NCBI GenBank assembly: GCA_021432655.1
Contig: MU271486.1
Location: 1 to 53,927 of the forward strand
DNA from: Atractiella rhizophila
Taxonomy: Eukaryota
Reading direction: 5' to 3'
Length of the DNA: 53,927 nucleotides
Both the position numbers and the translations under genes were made by a program. Under the pieces are notes generated by a model. That model worked only from the letters and a program-made list of their open reading frames with translations, had not been told where the DNA came from and did not search any database. Shown here piece after piece: positions 34,841 to 49,410 of this stretch; position 1 is the first letter of the stretch, and every line of letters begins with the position of its first letter.

Positions 34841-35885
34841 TGTCTGATCTTGTTCTATTATAATTAGTATACACATAACTCTCACTTTCCACCATGTCCA
34901 GCAGGTCAAGCTTGATTAACAAGTCATAACTCAGCTTGAGTGGTCACGACTGGAGGAGAGCGGCACTCAAACATTTTAAGACGTATAATCGTTCAATGGA
35001 CGCAACAGATCATAATGCAGATGAGGCAACCTCTTATGAAGTTTAGAACTATACCCTGATGAACAATATATTATATGTGAAAAGAGAATAGAGAAATCTC
35101 GGAATCTCACCGTCACACTTGAAGCGTGAAGGTTTATCTCGACCGCTTTCAACGCATATCCACGCTTTAACTCTTCAGCTTTACATGGTGTGATTGGAAT
35201 GGGGGGGCACTGATACAAAATCCGAATACAGAGGCACCCGCACCCTAGGAAAACGTCACGTAAACATAGCTATTGATTGGACCTCTTGCACACTGCTACC
35301 TCTGAATGTGACAGGTCGGTAGACTATCTTTCCCCGCCTAGAAACGCTTTCAAGAGCTCAATCATAGCTCGAAAGCGATAGGGGTCATGTCTGTGCAGCG
35401 AGTCATGAATGGAGGACGACCAGAGGAAGGGACTGTTTCTTGTATGGATTGCGGAGCGACAATTGTCCTTTGTCCCAGATTCGGGTTCTCTCATCGTCCA
35501 TCCATGCATCTCGATGCATCCGATGAATTGCAAGAACGCCCTTTCATCCACTGACCCAATTCCCAAAATGAGCGTGAATGAAAGCGATCAGACCGACTCC
35601 TTTCTCTGCTCATAATGCTGCATCGACTCTAACTGAAACGAATTCGCAGCGCATAAATTGCGAAAGTTGACGTTTGAGCAGCTGGATCGTTGATGGTGCT
35701 CGGGTGGTCGTTGTGAGGCAGGAGTTTGTCTCCCGTTCTCCACCTGCAAATTCAGTTAGCCGCCCAACGAAAACGAAACGCGAAACGACGACCATCCTCA
35801 CTTTGTGCCCCTTATCCTTCTGGTCTCCCTATTCGCCCCAGCCACACCCATTGTGCACGCAGGAACAGGTTTAGTGGGCTAAAAC

Positions 35886-38800
35886 ATGAATGGAAACGGC
35901 CATACCACCAGGATGGCAATCGATCCAGTGCGTACCCTCCCTTTCTCCAGTGACGTTCAAAGGGAAAGTGGTCTTAATGCGTGACACTATCGTCAGGCCA
36001 CCCTCACAATACCGCCGTTCAACCCGAACAAGCGACGCCAATCCTCCACCTCATCCACCTCCGCACCACCACCCTCCCACTCCCAATCACACTCCCAATC
36101 CCAGCGTCTGCCCGTGCCCCCTCCCTCGTCTTCCTCCTCCTCCGCCCGTCGACAATCCACCGCCCAACGCACCCCACGTATCTACTTCGGTCCATACCTC
36201 CTCTTACAGACGTTGGGGGAAGGAGAGTTCGGAAAGGTCAAACTCGGCGTCTACAACCCGCCCTCGTCCCCTAATGCCTCTTCTCACTCCGCAGCAGCGG
36301 CCGTGCTCGCTGGTGGAAGCGAGGTCGCCATCAAGTTGATCAAGAGGGGAAGTATGGATACGGTCGTTCGACAGGAAAAGGTGAGGCGGGAGATTGACGT
36401 CTTAAGAGCGGTGAAACACCCGAACATCGTGAGGCTTTTCGATGTGATTGAGACTGAGAAGTACATCGGGATCGTGTTGGAGTATGCCTCAGGTTCGTTT
36501 TCTCCCTCCTTTCATTCCCTCCCATCCCCATCCAATTTGCTCCCTCCTCCCCATCTCCGCATTTTTCGACCCCTCACTCATATGCATTTTTTAATTCATT
36601 TAAACCCATACGAATACAGGCGGCGAACTATTTGATCACATCCTCGCACACCGATACCTTCGCGAACGGGACGCGACCCGTCTCTTCTCCCAATTGATTT
36701 CAGGTGTGGCATACCTACATGCCAAAAAGGTCGTCCATCGGGACCTCAAGCTCGAGAACTTGCTCCTGGACCGGAATAGAAATATAATCATTACCGATTT
36801 CGGCTTTGCCAATCGGTTCGCTGACCGGTACGCCCTTTCATCTTCTTTTTCGCTTTGGGTCGGAGGGAAAGTGATGTGATGATGGGACAGTGGGGATGAT
36901 CTCATGTCCACTTCTTGCGGCTCGCCTTGCTATGCTGCTCCTGAGTTGGTTGTACAGGATGGGAAGTACGTCGGGACGGCGGTGGACGTGTGGTCGTGCG
37001 GAGTGATCCTCTATGCCATGCTCGCCGGCTACCTTCCTTTCGACGACGACCCGTCCAATCCGGATGGAGACAACATCAACCTTCTCTACAAATACATCAT
37101 CAGCACCCGTCTCTCCTTTCCGGATTGGATCACGCCCCTCGCTCGCGAAGTCCTCACGCGGATGCTCGTCCCAGATCCGAGGGAGAGAGCGACGTTGGAG
37201 GAGGTGAGGGAGTTGAAGTGGCTGGAAAAGTATAGAGAGGAGTTGGAGAGGGGAGTGGAGGAGTTGGAAGATGAAGCGGATAGGGAGCAGGAGAGGAGGA
37301 AACAAGAGAGGAGGAGGAGCGTCATGAATCAACAACTCTCCTCTTCCTCCTCGCCTCATCGAAGACCGTCTGGTGCAGCGGCTAAACACCAGTCCGCGAT
37401 GGTCGTCCCCGTCACGATGGCTAGAGAGGAGGAAGAACCGATGCCAACGATGTCTGCCCGTCCAACGCCAGAGAGGAGACCGACAGTTCCGACCCCGACC
37501 AGCGTTCCCACTCCTCTACCTCTAGGAGGAGGACTTGGTGCGGTGGGGATGACCTCGAGCGCAACCACAGCAGGCATCAGCCTTGAACCGACCCATCAAC
37601 ACGGCCGTCGTGCAGCGATGTCCGCCATCGTCACACCCGTCTCTGCTCCCCCCGAACCGACCTTCGTCGCTCAAGCTGAGGACGAATTGCCCATCCATGT
37701 GCCCGTCCCGACGAGTAGTACGTTGATGTCGACTGAGGCGGAGATGGAGGCGGATGAGGACCCGTTTGCTGTTGCGAAGGACGTTCGGGAGAGGATGGAG
37801 CGGGAACAGAGGGCGAAGGAGAGGGAGGAGAGGGAGAAGGAGAAGGAGAAGGAGAGGAAGAAGGGCAGGGCGAGGTATACGGTCCAGGTCGAGTATGATC
37901 CTAGGGCCAGTGGCGATCGTGGTATGTCCCTCCCTCATCCTCTTCCAGCGTTACATTTTTATTGATGCTGGTTGGGGAGCAGAAGAGCAAGAAGCGATTG
38001 CGGAGGACTCGGAGCCAAAGACTCCGACGACATCTACCGCCTCTCATTCGCACGCGAACGCGACGAATTCACATTCGCCCTTCGCTCCTTCACCCTCTCA
38101 CACTCCCACTCCTCCCCCTCACGCCAATGGAGAGATGAGCGGACTACCCACTCCTCCGCCAGAGAGGTCGGACAAGGAGTCCTTGCAGGACGGAGACGGA
38201 CCAGTCCTCTTCCCTTCGTCCTCTTCCAAAGCGAGCACGAACACGAACGGATCCATGACGGGTTCGGGGAGGCATAAGAAGGGGCTGAGTATCGATAAGA
38301 CCTTTATCTCCAAGTTTTTGGGAGAATCAGGGGGCGCTGATGAAGGGAGGGAGAAGGAGAAGGAGAGAGAGGAAGAGGGAGCGCCGGTCCCGACGGCTAC
38401 GAAGAGGAAGAAGGCGCTGAGCATGGTCATCGATCCGCTTGGGAGGAGTGCGAGCCGTTTCAAGAGGGGCAGTAAGGCTGTGGATGGCGAGAAAGATAAG
38501 GGAAGAGAAACGACGAAGCCTATGACCGCGACTGGGGTAAGAGATCGGTCGGCTACTATTGTACCCCCTGTGCCGAAGGAGAAGGCGAAGAGGGAAGAGA
38601 ACCAGATGAACAAGAGCCCTACTACTATGGATGTCGCTGGAAGTGGTGGGAAGAAGAAGCCGATGTCTGTTCTGGTGCCTTCGAAAACGAAATCGAGCGG
38701 GACGACAACCGGGGGTGCTGGAGTTGGCGGAGGGGAGGATGGAGAGGGAGACAAGAAGGCGAAGAAGGTGATGGATTGGTTCAGGTGGAAGTCGCTCAAC

Positions 38801-39735
38801 CGTCCAGGTGAAAACACCACGCCCGGAGGAAGTCCTGCCGGTACCATCCCTCCCATCGAAACGGACTTTGATAAATCCCCTCCAGGAGTCATCGTCACGT
38901 CTCCAACGAACGGGGATGGGAACCTGAATGGACCAGGAAGGGAGTCCGGCCCCTCTTCGAGATCGGCGAGCGGAGCACAGAGCCATCTCTCCGCTTCGAC
39001 GACAGCGACCACTATGAATGGGGAGCGGGAGCGGAAGATGGTTGGAGTGCCGAGCGTGGCTGGAGCGACGATAAGGAGCGAGGACGTGTTTATCGAGTCT
39101 AAATTGAGGGTGCATCATGGAGCTATAGATCAGAACGCTGTCACACCTAGACAACCGCAAGAAATCATGGATGAGATCAGGAAGGTGCTGTGGAACCTTG
39201 GAATCGAGGCGCAGAGAGATGGAGAGTTTAAAGTCAAATGTATTAGGAAGGGCAAGAAGAAGGGAGGTAGATTGGGACTGCATTGGGGAGAGGAGAAGGG
39301 GATGGCACCGAGTCCGTCCAGTGGAGGATTCAAGAGTTTCTTTGGGAGACAGAAGAGTTCTAATTCAGTACAGCTGGGAAATAATCCCTCTACGGTAAGT
39401 TTGTTTTTGTTTCGTGACCACCCATGCTCATGAGAGTTCAGGACTCAACCCTTGATCAATCCATCCTATCACCAATGTCACCGTCCATGTCAGATGACAA
39501 CTCACCTTCCGTATCCCATCCTCAGCCCCCAACCGCTTATGGAGAGTCCTCTGTAGACAGCGGCGACGAGATCCGGTTCTCCATCGAGCTTACGCGGCTA
39601 AAGAACTTAACTGGACTCTACTCCGTTGACATCAGGAGGATCAAAGGGCAGCTTTGGGGCTTCGGTTGGGTCTACAACCAGGTCCTTCAGAACATGCAGC
39701 TGAATAACAGTTCTGAGGCTCCAAGGGAAGAGTAG
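35886..39735 (+). CDS. Kin4-like CAMKL Ser/Thr kinase with a C-terminal KA1-like domain, multi-exon
   Basis: [60 protein letters not shown] (Kin4-type); [27 protein letters not shown]; first intron 35928-35996. Confidence 0.88.
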
Positions 39736-41182
39736 GGTGGTAGAGTAAGGAATCATCCAAGCAACCAAACAACTTCACGTGCACGCTTAAACCCTAAACC
39801 CTTCACCCGTCACTCGCCGCCAACATCCAACATCCACCTGCCAACCAGCCAAACCTGCCAACCTGCACCCATCTAATCCACCCACTGCCCCCCCCACCCC
39901 CCCAAAAACCCCTTTGTACGGTGGCCGACAACACTTCTATCAAAATCGTTTCGTTCCAGTCGGTTTCGAATTTTCAGGTACTCTCCGTCTGTCTACATAA
40001 TTACGCTCATACTATTTGCTCTTAATGCCGTCATTTTCAAGATTTCGTTAATTGTGTTCTTTTGCATTGTGTTCGTCTTTTTGTCTTTGTACTCCATTGA
40101 TGAGGAGTGGTAGTATTGTCAATATTGAAAATATTTGCTTATTGCCGTCCCAACTTCGCCTGCATCCAAGATCGTACCAAGATTAACCAGGATTGTAAGA
40201 TGAGCAATTTGTTGCGTTGTAAGCACTGAACGTCCCTGAGTCTTCCGAGACATTTCCGGACATCATTTAAATTTGCTTTTTACTGCTGAGCCCTTAGAGT
40301 CGCTTTTCCACTCCTCTTTCAATGTTGCAACTTCACGTTAAGTCACGTGCTGAAATCGTCCCGTCAAAAGCTTCAGCACTTGGCACTTTGAGAGGGGGTC
40401 GTCTTTTCTTTCCATCAGTCTTTCCATCCGCTTCCATTCTAGCTTGTGCTTGTGGCTCTTACTCCCGCCCATTTTGTTGTTCTTCCTCGTTGACCCATCC
40501 ACAGTCCTCCAAGGACACCCCACGAAACTTGACGGTGTCGCTTCTTCACCTTGATCATTCCCTTCTGCCGACGAAAGCAAGATTCAGTTCGGTCCTTTCT
40601 GGGATTTCTTTTGCTGTTTTTAGTGTCTCTTTAGCCTGGGGACTCGGATTGGCCAGCGAAGGCTGTCGATCTGCCACCAAACAAAAATTGTTCTTGTATC
40701 AATTTGCAACCCAGGTGATAACGTAGCCTGAAATACGGGTGCACTAAAATGTTATATTGCTTGTATGAAGGTATCTTGACGTGACCGCCGGCAAAGCCTA
40801 AAGAAAGGTCTTGCTCGCCAGCTCTCCATGAAAATCTGTGGAAAAGGGAAGGGGAGGATGGAGGAAACCCCCACTGTTCTGTTTCTTCGTGTTGAAACGG
40901 CCTGATGAGCTCAGAATCAGAGGTTAAGGGACGTGTTCGAGTGCTGTTTGTCCCTGCGTTTTGATGAGGGGAATTGAGTCCCGCATGAACGGCCCACCCT
41001 GGATATCTTCCGCACGCGTGCTTCAGCACCGAGTCCACGCAAAACTCCTTCTCCTTCAATCCGAGCATGCTCCCTTGTGCGGCTCTGCTCAAATTCAACT
41101 TCCACAACTTCCACGGTATAAAGCCTGCTCCTTCGTCAGAGACGGCCTCATCTGCCCCTTCTTTTCTTGACAGACTCTGAAG

Positions 41183-43350
41183 ATGGTTGGTGTCAAATCT
41201 TTCCTCCTCTCTTCCGCTATCGCCTCTACCGCCGTCCTCGCTCAGGACGTAACTACTGATGGATATGGCGGTGGTTCTTCCCTCGCTAAATGTTTATCCA
41301 AAGTCAGCGGACTCGAAGTCTTCACTTCTTCCTCGTCGGAGTGGCAGACGGTGATCACTCCCTTCAACAAGCGACTACTCGGTTCGTCTACTATTCTCTT
41401 TAGTTAGCACGCTCAAGTCGAAGACGATTGACCTGGGGATTATGTAACAGGCAAATTCATCCCCGCAGCCCTCGTCAAGCCTGCGAACGCAAAGGCCGTC
41501 TCTGGCGCGATCAAGTGCGCGTCTGCAGCAGGCATTCACGTCTCTGCTCGTTCCGGAGGACACAGCTATGCGGGTGCGTCTTCCCTTTCCTCACATCATT
41601 GCCCCTTGAAGCTGAGAGGACCGAACGAACGAAGCTGCCGGCCTTGGAATGCGCAATGGATCCCTCGTCGTCGACACCTCAAGGATGAACCACGTCTCCG
41701 TCGACTCTAACGGCGTGGCGACCGCTGGCACTGGAACCCTGTTGGGTGATTATGCCCTCACCATTGGACTTGAGGGCTGGGCTATGGCTCATGGCACTTG
41801 GTATGCGTTCATCAACTTCTTTACCTAGGTGGAAGAACTGAACGATGGGTGTGGACAGCCCCACCGTTGGTATTGGTGGACACGTCGGATACGGTGGATA
41901 CGGATTGGACAGCCGTCTTTGGGGGTTGGCCTTGGATCATGTCATCGAGGTGAGCACAACTGGTCACTCTGAAACGGTTGAACTAATACGGAATGAGTGC
42001 AGGCTGAGACCGTCCTCGCTAACGGAGACATTGTCACTGTCAACAAGAATAAGAACCCTGACCTCTTCTGGGTGCGTACTTGGATGATATGAACAAGGAT
42101 CATTCTGATCGAATCATTTCCAGGCTCTCCGTGGTTCCGCTGTCTCTTTCGGTATCACCACTCAGTACAAGTTCCAGACTCACCCTGCTCCGGAGGTAAG
42201 CTGTGTGATTCCATCATATGGGATGGAATGTTTAAAAGATGGTTGGATAGACGTCCATTGAGTTCATCTACCACTACACGTGCGTCTATTCATCTATCTG
42301 ACAAGTGACATTACCATCTGACTCTTCCGCTTGGACTGTGCAGTCCTGACAATGTCGATCAATGGAACGACCTCTTCTTGAAGTATCAAGACTTCGGTAT
42401 CAACTCTACTCCGTCCGAGCTCACCATTGAAGCCAACATTGGAAGGGGAGCAACCTTCAACCTGGTCGGACAGTGGATCGGTGACGCTGCCACCCTCAAC
42501 GCTACCATGAAGCCCTTCCTTGACGCTGCTGGACAACCAGACAGCATCACCTTCATCGAGGATGACTGGCTCGGTGTCCTCCTCTCTTTGGCCGGATCTA
42601 CTTCCCTCAACACCTCCCTCATCACCCACCCTAGTGACACTTTCTACGTTCGTCCAACCTTTATTTCTCAGGAGAGAGAAGATGTTGATGTCTGTGAATG
42701 ATCCGACAGGTCAAGTCCTTGACTATCCCTGAGGCCACTCCTATCACCCTTGAGGCTTCCACCGCCTTCTACAACCACATCACTCAAGCTCCTTCTGATC
42801 AGTTGGATTGGTTTACCCAGTTCCAACTCTATGGAGGCAAGGGATCCAAGATCAACACCGTACGCTCTCCTTTCTTGTGCAAAAGTGCAGAATGTGGATT
42901 AATGGTCGTTGGACCAGTTCTCCACCAACGACAGCGCTTACCCCCACCGATCCACCCTCTGGACCGTCCAGATCTACGCTTCCAGCGCTAACTTCCTCCC
43001 TCCCTACCCCCAACAAGGGTTTGAATTCACTGCTGGCGAGGCTGCTGCCCTCGTTGACAACATCCCCAACAATGAAATCGGAAGGTATGTCGCTCGAATT
43101 TTCGAAAGGAAGGAAGATCTGATGAGTTGTTGACAGCTACCTCAACTACATTGACCCTTACCTCGACAACTGGCAGGAGCTCTACTTCTCTGAGCAATAC
43201 GACAGACTCCTCCACTTGGAGAGGATCTACGATCCCAAGGGTCTCTTTGTCAAGCCACAGGTCTGTTGTCCTGTTGCTTCCCAAGTCATTACTGACAGTG
43301 CCACATTTTAGATTGTCGGAAACCTTACAGATGTCGCACCTGATATTTGA
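41183..43350 (+). CDS. Secreted FAD-linked oxidase, berberine-bridge-enzyme-like (AA7-type), many introns
   Basis: Signal peptide, RSGGHSY, HGTC/PTVGIGGH, LFWALRG, YLNY and YDPKGLF BBE motifs; TATAAA at 41117. Confidence 0.9.
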
Positions 43351-43850
43351 AGGACAGCCTGAAAAGTGGAACATGCCACCCACGAGCGGAAGATAGGAAG
43401 AGAAAGATTGAATGGACTATGCTTTTGACTAGTGATGTTGTATCTACTGCTCTCATCTCATCTGAAAGCCATCGTTTCAATCTGTCATCCTCACGCGCGA
43501 CTCGCGTTTACGTCTGCACCATGCTTTTGCACGAGAACTTTCTCATCGAAGTGGCTAACAGTCGGAAACCATGTTTAAAGGAAAATTGTCCATTTTGGGC
43601 ATTTGAGTACTACATGAAAGTGATGCATTGTGTCTGGATGAGGGCATTATGTAGAACTTGAGCACCACTTGTTACTAAAGAAAATGCTGTAATGTAAGAT
43701 GGGACGTGGAAGGATGGATGGGTGGATGGTCACTAAACATTCACAAAGAAACATTCCAACTTGAATGATTTTCCAAAACCGACAGAACGAAACCAATTTG
43801 TGATTGTCCACAACATGGACGGTTGACGACGTCGTCCATACCTTTTGTGC

Positions 43851-46800
43851 TTACCAACTAGCGTAAGCTTTTGCTTGTTTTCTCGTAACCTATGCAATTT
43901 TCATCAATGTACCGTCAAAGCTGCAACATGAGCAACGCACCCTCTTCATCTCGATTTCGCCTAGGTCGCCTTCAACTCCTACATCGTCTTCTCCACGTTC
44001 GGCTTCAGTCAATTCCACGAAATCGTCTTCTTCGTCCTCGTGATCTCTGTGTCGAGGATCAAGCTTGCCCTGGTGAACCAATCGTTGCTTCTCCAGATCG
44101 CCGACAGCACCTGCACCACGCCATCCATTAGTAATGGTCGAAGGGGCAACACTTTATGCATACCAATTTTACCGGCCATCTCAATCAATACCAAAGCGGT
44201 CAAAACACCTGCAGAGATTCCTAGTAACTCGCTATTGTCGAGGTCGCTCGAATTGACCAGAGGGATGAGAGCAAAGAAGACGGCAACCCCGCCACGGAGG
44301 AGAAGACGTATATTTCGCGGAACGAGAGAACTGCCGTGTTTATCCAAGTCACGGTGTAGCCATCCCATGAGAGCTATTAAAGTCAACGCAGTGGCTACGC
44401 CGCCCCCAAAATACCAACGAATCCCATCCGGTGCTTCTGTCGATTGCACAAGCCGTACCATGGCTGCTGAGATGAGGATGAGAGCGGCACAGAAGGGGAA
44501 GTGTAGGTGACCGTAGCTGATAGACGTGAAGACGTTGCGGCGGAGGGCGTGAATGAAGACGCGAGAAGAGTCGGCGTCTTTGTCACGACCCGTCAAAACC
44601 TGGACAACTGAGGTGAGAGAGAGCTCACCAAAATACAACCAAGCCAACATAAACGCCAAAATGAGACCACAAGCGCTACGTTGAAATTCTGAATGGGGTC
44701 CGATTTGATTAGCTGAGGCAATCTAGAGAATAACATTTCAGTTAGACGCAGAGGATGGTAGCAAGACTGACATAAGTGATGTTGATGATTGTCTCGCCAA
44801 GAACCAAGACGACGAAGGCAGCCATTCGCTGTTCCCAAAATGAACCTCTGCTTCTAAGCAAATAGCAGAACGCTCACTTCAATAAAATGGGCCAAATTGA
44901 GAGCGGGGTAGAACTAGCGACACCATCAGGTACTCGCCCCAAGAACGAAACATGGAAACAGACCTCGAACCAATCCGCCGTCCGTCCCCTGGTGTTATGG
45001 AAAACGCGTCGTTTCCCTCCTTTTTCTCCCAAGTCTTTCTCTGAGAGCCAATTTTTAATATCATTCACATCATGAAAACACAGAATGACGAACCATTCAG
45101 CCACTCCTCGTGGCCTTTTGTCCATCCCTTACGAATCTTCTCCATGCCGATCCCAACCACGTAACGTAGACTCAGTTCGGAAATGATGGCTGCGCTGGTT
45201 AGACCGATCACCCAACCGGTTGGGAGCCCATGGACGACGAGAGGGATGTAGAGCGATGTAACCAGAAAGAGGGTGAGACCATTGAACAGGTGGATGTACC
45301 TGGTGCCGACATTCCCGTCAGCCTCTCATCAATGTAGGAAGATAGAAGCAAACCTGAAATTAGGAAGAGCCCAAGAGTAGTACAGATAGAATCCAAGCCT
45401 GATGAACTTAGCAGCAATGAGATAACCAGCAGTGGCAGCGATGGCAAAGTGAGAGTCTTCTGTGAGTGTATAAGGGCTGACATGCGCCTCGCCTTCAGCA
45501 GCAGTTCCTCCTCCTGTCTCACCTGTTGGCTGACTTTCTGTACCCCCTTCTTCCTGTCGTCTGAAGAGATAGGAGACAAAGTGTCCAACTGCCTCGACTG
45601 CCCCTTCCACGGCTCCTCCCCCCGCTTCAGTTGTCGTCGCGGTTCCCTCTGCTTCCTCAGCTTCGACAAAACGGATACCAGACGCGTTAGACGAATACCC
45701 AATGAGCAGGATCATGATCGCGAGGATGTAAGCGCGCTGGACCACGTCGTCTGTTCCCGAGATGTTGATGAACTGTCCATTCCAGCATCAATATCGAGGG
45801 AAGCGGATGGAGGCAACGACGGGGAGGAACTTACATTTCTTGCGTCACTCCACACGCTCCAGGCTGGGTAGAAGACAAGCAAGAACTTTGCGACGTTCAA
45901 TCCCGTTGCAGATTCAGCGGCAGCTTCGGCGAGCTGGTGAATGACGCCAACGAAAGCCTTCATCCCAACAGCGTCAATGTCCGTCCGTTCTTAACAATAG
46001 AGTCTACAAAACGGATAGAATTATGCACTTACCAAATCGAAGAACAGTTCGAACTTGCTCATTCCTCTGTCTGTCGGTTCGTAATACAACTTCCCTTGAT
46101 AAAGCCATTGTCTGACCACTGGCTTCTTCCACAGATGAGCCCACTTGAGCGGCATTTCATGCGTGATGATATGACCAGCATCCGTCACCGAACTGACTGA
46201 ACTCTCTGACGAGCTAGACGTGTTCGTCCTCGACGGTCTAGAGGGCCTTCGGTGCGCAAGATCGAAATGCGACATGCTACCTGACTTTGATCCACCCGCG
46301 CTGGAACCGTGCTTGCTATGTCCTGGGCGTTTAGGGGCGTCTAGGGGAGGAGTTGTAGACATATCGAAAGTGATACTTTGCCCTGTGGGCTTGCGCGAAT
46401 GCTTCCCCTTCCCACTGCCTTCTCCGGATCCAGATCCAGATCCAGAAGCTTCCTCTTGTACTCTTTGGCTATCCTTCTCCCCTATCGCCAACGACTCCGG
46501 CTCAGTTGTCACATTCTCTCGAGAGCCAGACAGCATCTTCGTCCCTTCATCCCCTAACGGATTTGGCATTCCGAGCAAAGCAGGAGCGAAGTGCTGGTCG
46601 GGAGAAGTGATGTGACCATGGTGTCCGAATCGATCGAAGTGGAGGGGTTGAGAAGGAGCGTTGGGATTTGGAACGTTTTCCGTTTCGTCCCTAGTCACCG
46701 TAGCCACTTTAAACTTATTCGTATTGTAATAGATAATAAACAAACTCCTCAAAAGTAAAAGGTGTCCTATCCTCCGGGTTCAGCAGATCTTGATGCCTGT

Positions 46801-46903
46801 ATTCAGGATTGTGATCTTCCGCGGGACGGGGATAGTGAGGATGGATAGGATGAGACGGGTCATTTGGATTCGGTGCAGTGGGCTCCTCCTTTGGAGATGA
46901 CAT
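43851..46903 (-). CDS. Low temperature requirement A (LtrA)-family membrane protein, multi-exon; 3' end approximate
   Basis: FELFFDLV and IILGET motifs, several hydrophobic helices, low-complexity N-terminus. Confidence 0.8.
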
Positions 46904-49410
46904 ATCGACTTTGATTTTCAAGTTTTAACTACCTGGCAATTAAAGAACTTTAGCAACAGTTTGAGGAGAGAAAGGGAGGGTCCGTTATGGGTCTGAAAAC
47001 TTCATTTTCACGACTCCGAGGTCTCCGGATGGTGCTGGTACTAATGCATGCTTGCATTGCCTGTCATGAGATAACAGTAACAGAACGAAAGGAACAAGAA
47101 GTACATCCCCTTTTGAACGCTCAGTAACCGCGTTCACCTAAGGATCCTGAGTACTCTTCGTCACATCTCATACGAAACCGCTCAAGCAGTATCCACTTCC
47201 CAGATACAAAAACACAGCTCCAATGCAGCAGTTTCATATTCTGCTCAAATGCCCAACTTGCTGAAGCGCTCCAGGCTACATTTATCAAGAACCTCTGGCG
47301 CAAACAGCTGAGAACAGCGCATCGTCCAAATCAGCTGTGAGCAAGCTGCACACAGCCTTGAAGTCTCCCTCCACGCACACTTTGATGGTTTGGCATCAAC
47401 CACACTGACTTCCTCCCATTTTGCAACCAGTACTGACACCGACTCACCTATTGTTAGTCGTTCCCTCGTTTCGCAGATCCAAGCAACCAGTCGTTTGCAA
47501 CAGCGACAACAATCCCGATGAATTTTCCTCGCCCTGCTGGATCTGGAGGCAGCTGGAGGGGCAAGGGCACTGAAAAGAGCGGAAAGGAGTGAAAAGGGAA
47601 ACTGCAGACGAAGGCCAAGCCTTTTATGCTGAGAACAGGCTTGGACGCGAAACGACCTAGCGTCACTTCTCCGACCGCGTGCGTCTTGTTGTGGTGGACC
47701 ACAGCCAACAAGTGCGACAGACGAGGATACCCTCGAAAGAACGCGACTTATAATAAAGCGAGCGTGGGATGTGTGACTGTGAGGAAGGATGTAGCGCAAA
47801 AGCAAAAGTAGGAAAAAGGGTCTCGAGATTACGTATATGTAAGCTGTGTGTTTTTATTAGTGCAGGCAACCTGGGTGTCCGATGTTTTCCTTTAGTTCAT
47901 CGCAAGTATTTACTTTCAATTTTCATGCTTTCATGCTTTCGAAGAAATCTCTACTGTGGAGTCCCGAGTCAGCGAAATTTCATCCAAATGTTCGGTTTCG
48001 GCGTACTCGCCCTGTCCATCCTAAAGACGCGTCTGTCCCTGGTTTCGACTGCTGCGTGTTCCATCCATTTGGGATAGTACCGTTGCGCTTCAATCGGTTA
48101 TCTTGTACGCAGGGAAATGAGCTCTGTGCTGACCTTGGGAGCAAACAAATCCCCAGTGATTTACCATGTCAAGGAGAAGATGGCAGTGAGGGAAAACAGA
48201 CCCGTGCGAATTAAGTGTGACGTCTCTTTTCTGTCTCAGAGACAGAAATATGCCCTGACGAGCCAGCTGTTTACAAAGCAGACGCCCACTTTACGTAGCA
48301 GAGGTCGCTCATGATTGCATGAGCTATGAGCTCTGTCTCTGTTCAAAAGGCCCTCAAAACGACCTGTGGTGGCATAAAGGATATGAAGATAGTTGACGAT
48401 CCCGTCGTTCAATGTAATCGCTGCGAAGCTTGATTCTGACCTCTCGACGATGGCGAGCAAGTTGCTGCCTGATGTCCTTTCGCGGTTGTTCTAACATATC
48501 ACTCTGCGGCACTCCAGACATGAGTTCAGTTGGACTGAAGCGGTAACGGTCAGCTTCCCAATTGCCTTTGAATGCTAGAGCTAGGACTGTTGTGTTTGCT
48601 TTGACGACGTCGCCCTTTCGAGCTGTGTCCACCATTGCACGTTTGTCTTCTCTGTGCTTACTCAAGGTTGTTGATCCGGACAAATCTCACGATTGTGGAA
48701 GCATTAATGAAGGCACTCATCCTGTCTAGAGGGGAATTGTGAATAGCCTTCAACAACTTCGATCGGTCCTTTCCAAAATCGAGAATCGAGGATGTGGGCG
48801 AATCGTTTTGACACATTCGGATTGATATATCGCCATTGTAAGAAGGCTCATGATGCGTAATACAATCGATGAGATGCTCTGCACTTATTGACTATCACAC
48901 CGCCATCAAAAGGTATTTCATTGGCAGAGTGCCAGGTGACACAGCTCAAAGTCTTATCAACTCACATTTTCCGAAATAGTTGACAATTGGATGGGATTTC
49001 GGTACCAACTAGTGATTTCGATATGCACCATTTTCATGGTGGGAAAATCGCTTGTTCAAAGTCAACCAAATGTATATTGTTAGAAGCATCATGGGAAGAG
49101 GAAAGCTCCCCAAAGGACCAGATAGTTTCCAAAAGACGGATAACAAGGTCTGCACTGCTCAAGGGACAATGCAATCCACCCACATTTTCTAGGTCTTTAG
49201 TAAATGGAAACTCTCTTAGTCTTTTCCATTCAAACTAGGTACATTGAGCTCTAGCAGCTATAGCAGGCAGGTTACTGGGGCAGGATTCAGTTTTCTCGCT
49301 TTATGACGAATGTCGAGTCATTTCTTGAAAGCAAACAATCACCAAACATCCGTCCGGAGCTAAGCTTCCTTTGTTAAAGTTCATTCAAGGTCATTTCCTT
49401 CTCCTTCAGT

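Noticed and set aside
34976..35801. Short minus-strand ORFs between the pseudogene and Kin4
   Set aside because: No recognisable motif or consistent exon chain
37795..37870. GAGAAG/GAGAGG purine repeat
   Set aside because: Encodes an ordinary E/K/R-rich charged stretch of the kinase
38119..39283. Long minus-strand ORFs (297 and 318 aa)
   Set aside because: Antisense to the Kin4-like coding exon
39787..39910. Telomere-like AAACCCT pair and C-rich short repeats
   Set aside because: Only two units, inside a low-complexity 3' UTR; not a telomeric array
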